This document shows positions 51,620 to 51,933 of a stretch of 51,933 bases of DNA, one piece after another. The position numbers were made by a program, and so were the translations under genes. The notes below the pieces were generated by a model. The model was not told where the DNA came from. It worked only from the letters and a program-made list of their open reading frames with translations, and did no database searches. Where the stretch lies: the sequence record SRR22947725_4333; one strand, written 5' to 3'. Position 1 is the stretch's first letter. Each line of letters opens with the position of its first letter.

Positions 51620-51883
51620 CTAATCTGCGAAAACAAAAGTCACTACGTTTAGGAACACCCAGTCCAGGGCAGAGATGATCACCATGACCACAGCAACGAA
51701 TGCCAGCACTACACCGGTGAACTTGACCAGCTCCTGGCGGGTCGGCTTGGTTACCTTGCCAAGCTCTGCAAGCACCTGCCTGATAAATAGCGCAGCGCGC
51801 TGAATCGGGTTGCGAGCTTTCTCGGCATCAGCTTTGGCCTTTTCGACCAGGTCTTCCGAAGCCTTCTCGTTCTCTTCTGCCAC
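51620..51883 (-). CDS. secE: Preprotein translocase subunit SecE
   Basis: FIRQVLAELGKVTKPT plus one TM segment; upstream of nusG. Confidence 0.93.
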   Translation of the reverse strand: MAEENEKASEDLVEKAKADAEKARNPIQRAALFIRQVLAELGKVTKPTRQELVKFTGVVLAFVAVVMVIISALDWVFLNVVTFVFAD

Positions 51884-51906
51884 TTGGTTACCTTCCTAGT
51901 GTTTCG

Positions 51907-51933
51907 CAGGGCGGACAGGACTCGAACCTGCAA
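51907..51933 (-). tRNA. 3' part of a tRNA, probably tRNA-Trp (anticodon outside the window)
   Basis: Minus strand GCAGGTTCGAGTCCTGT-CCGCCCTG gives the T-arm and acceptor strand. Trp is inferred from its position before secE. CCA is not encoded. Confidence 0.85.

Noticed and set aside
51884-51933. tRNA 3' end as an integration site for the island
   Set aside because: It sits in the normal tRNA-secE-nusG context; I saw no duplicated tRNA end or integrase in the window.

Overview
A gene-dense segment of about 55% GC (estimated by eye) from an actinobacterial chromosome. Protein style, frequent leaderless TANNNT-N6-ATG starts and overlapping genes suggest a streamlined Microbacteriaceae (Aquiluna/Luna-like); this is inference. 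(1) Positions 1 to ~24.8 kb form an accessory catabolic island: an Entner-Doudoroff-like module (SDRs, two SMP-30 lactonases, enolase-family dehydratase, KdgK-like kinase, Eda), a TauE-VOC-E1alpha/beta-SDR-RibD-like operon lacking E2/E3, an amide-hydrolase operon with a His-repeat hypothetical protein, a sugar ABC importer, a FadR/GntR regulator, a GH13-like hydrolase and an FMN alpha-hydroxy-acid dehydrogenase. A repeated TGGT-N3-ACCA motif marks its promoters. (2) Positions ~24.9-42.2 kb hold metabolic and transport genes (aspA, class III aminotransferase, DMTs, gndA, PCuAC-Dyp-MFS-GNAT, class Ib nrdHIEF, zupT). (3) Positions ~42.3-51.9 kb hold tRNA-Trp-secE-nusG-rplK-rplA and rplJ-rplL, separated by six genes. 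The two most striking items are small ORFs missing from the ORF track: a 29-aa Cys/Met-rich leader peptide (..SCSMAMCMCMRMCR) upstream of an orphan OmpR-type wHTH regulator, and a 16-aa metallothionein-like peptide (MDCNCGKDTCGCGGKH) with a strong RBS between nrdF and zupT. No CRISPR array, integrase or transposase was seen.
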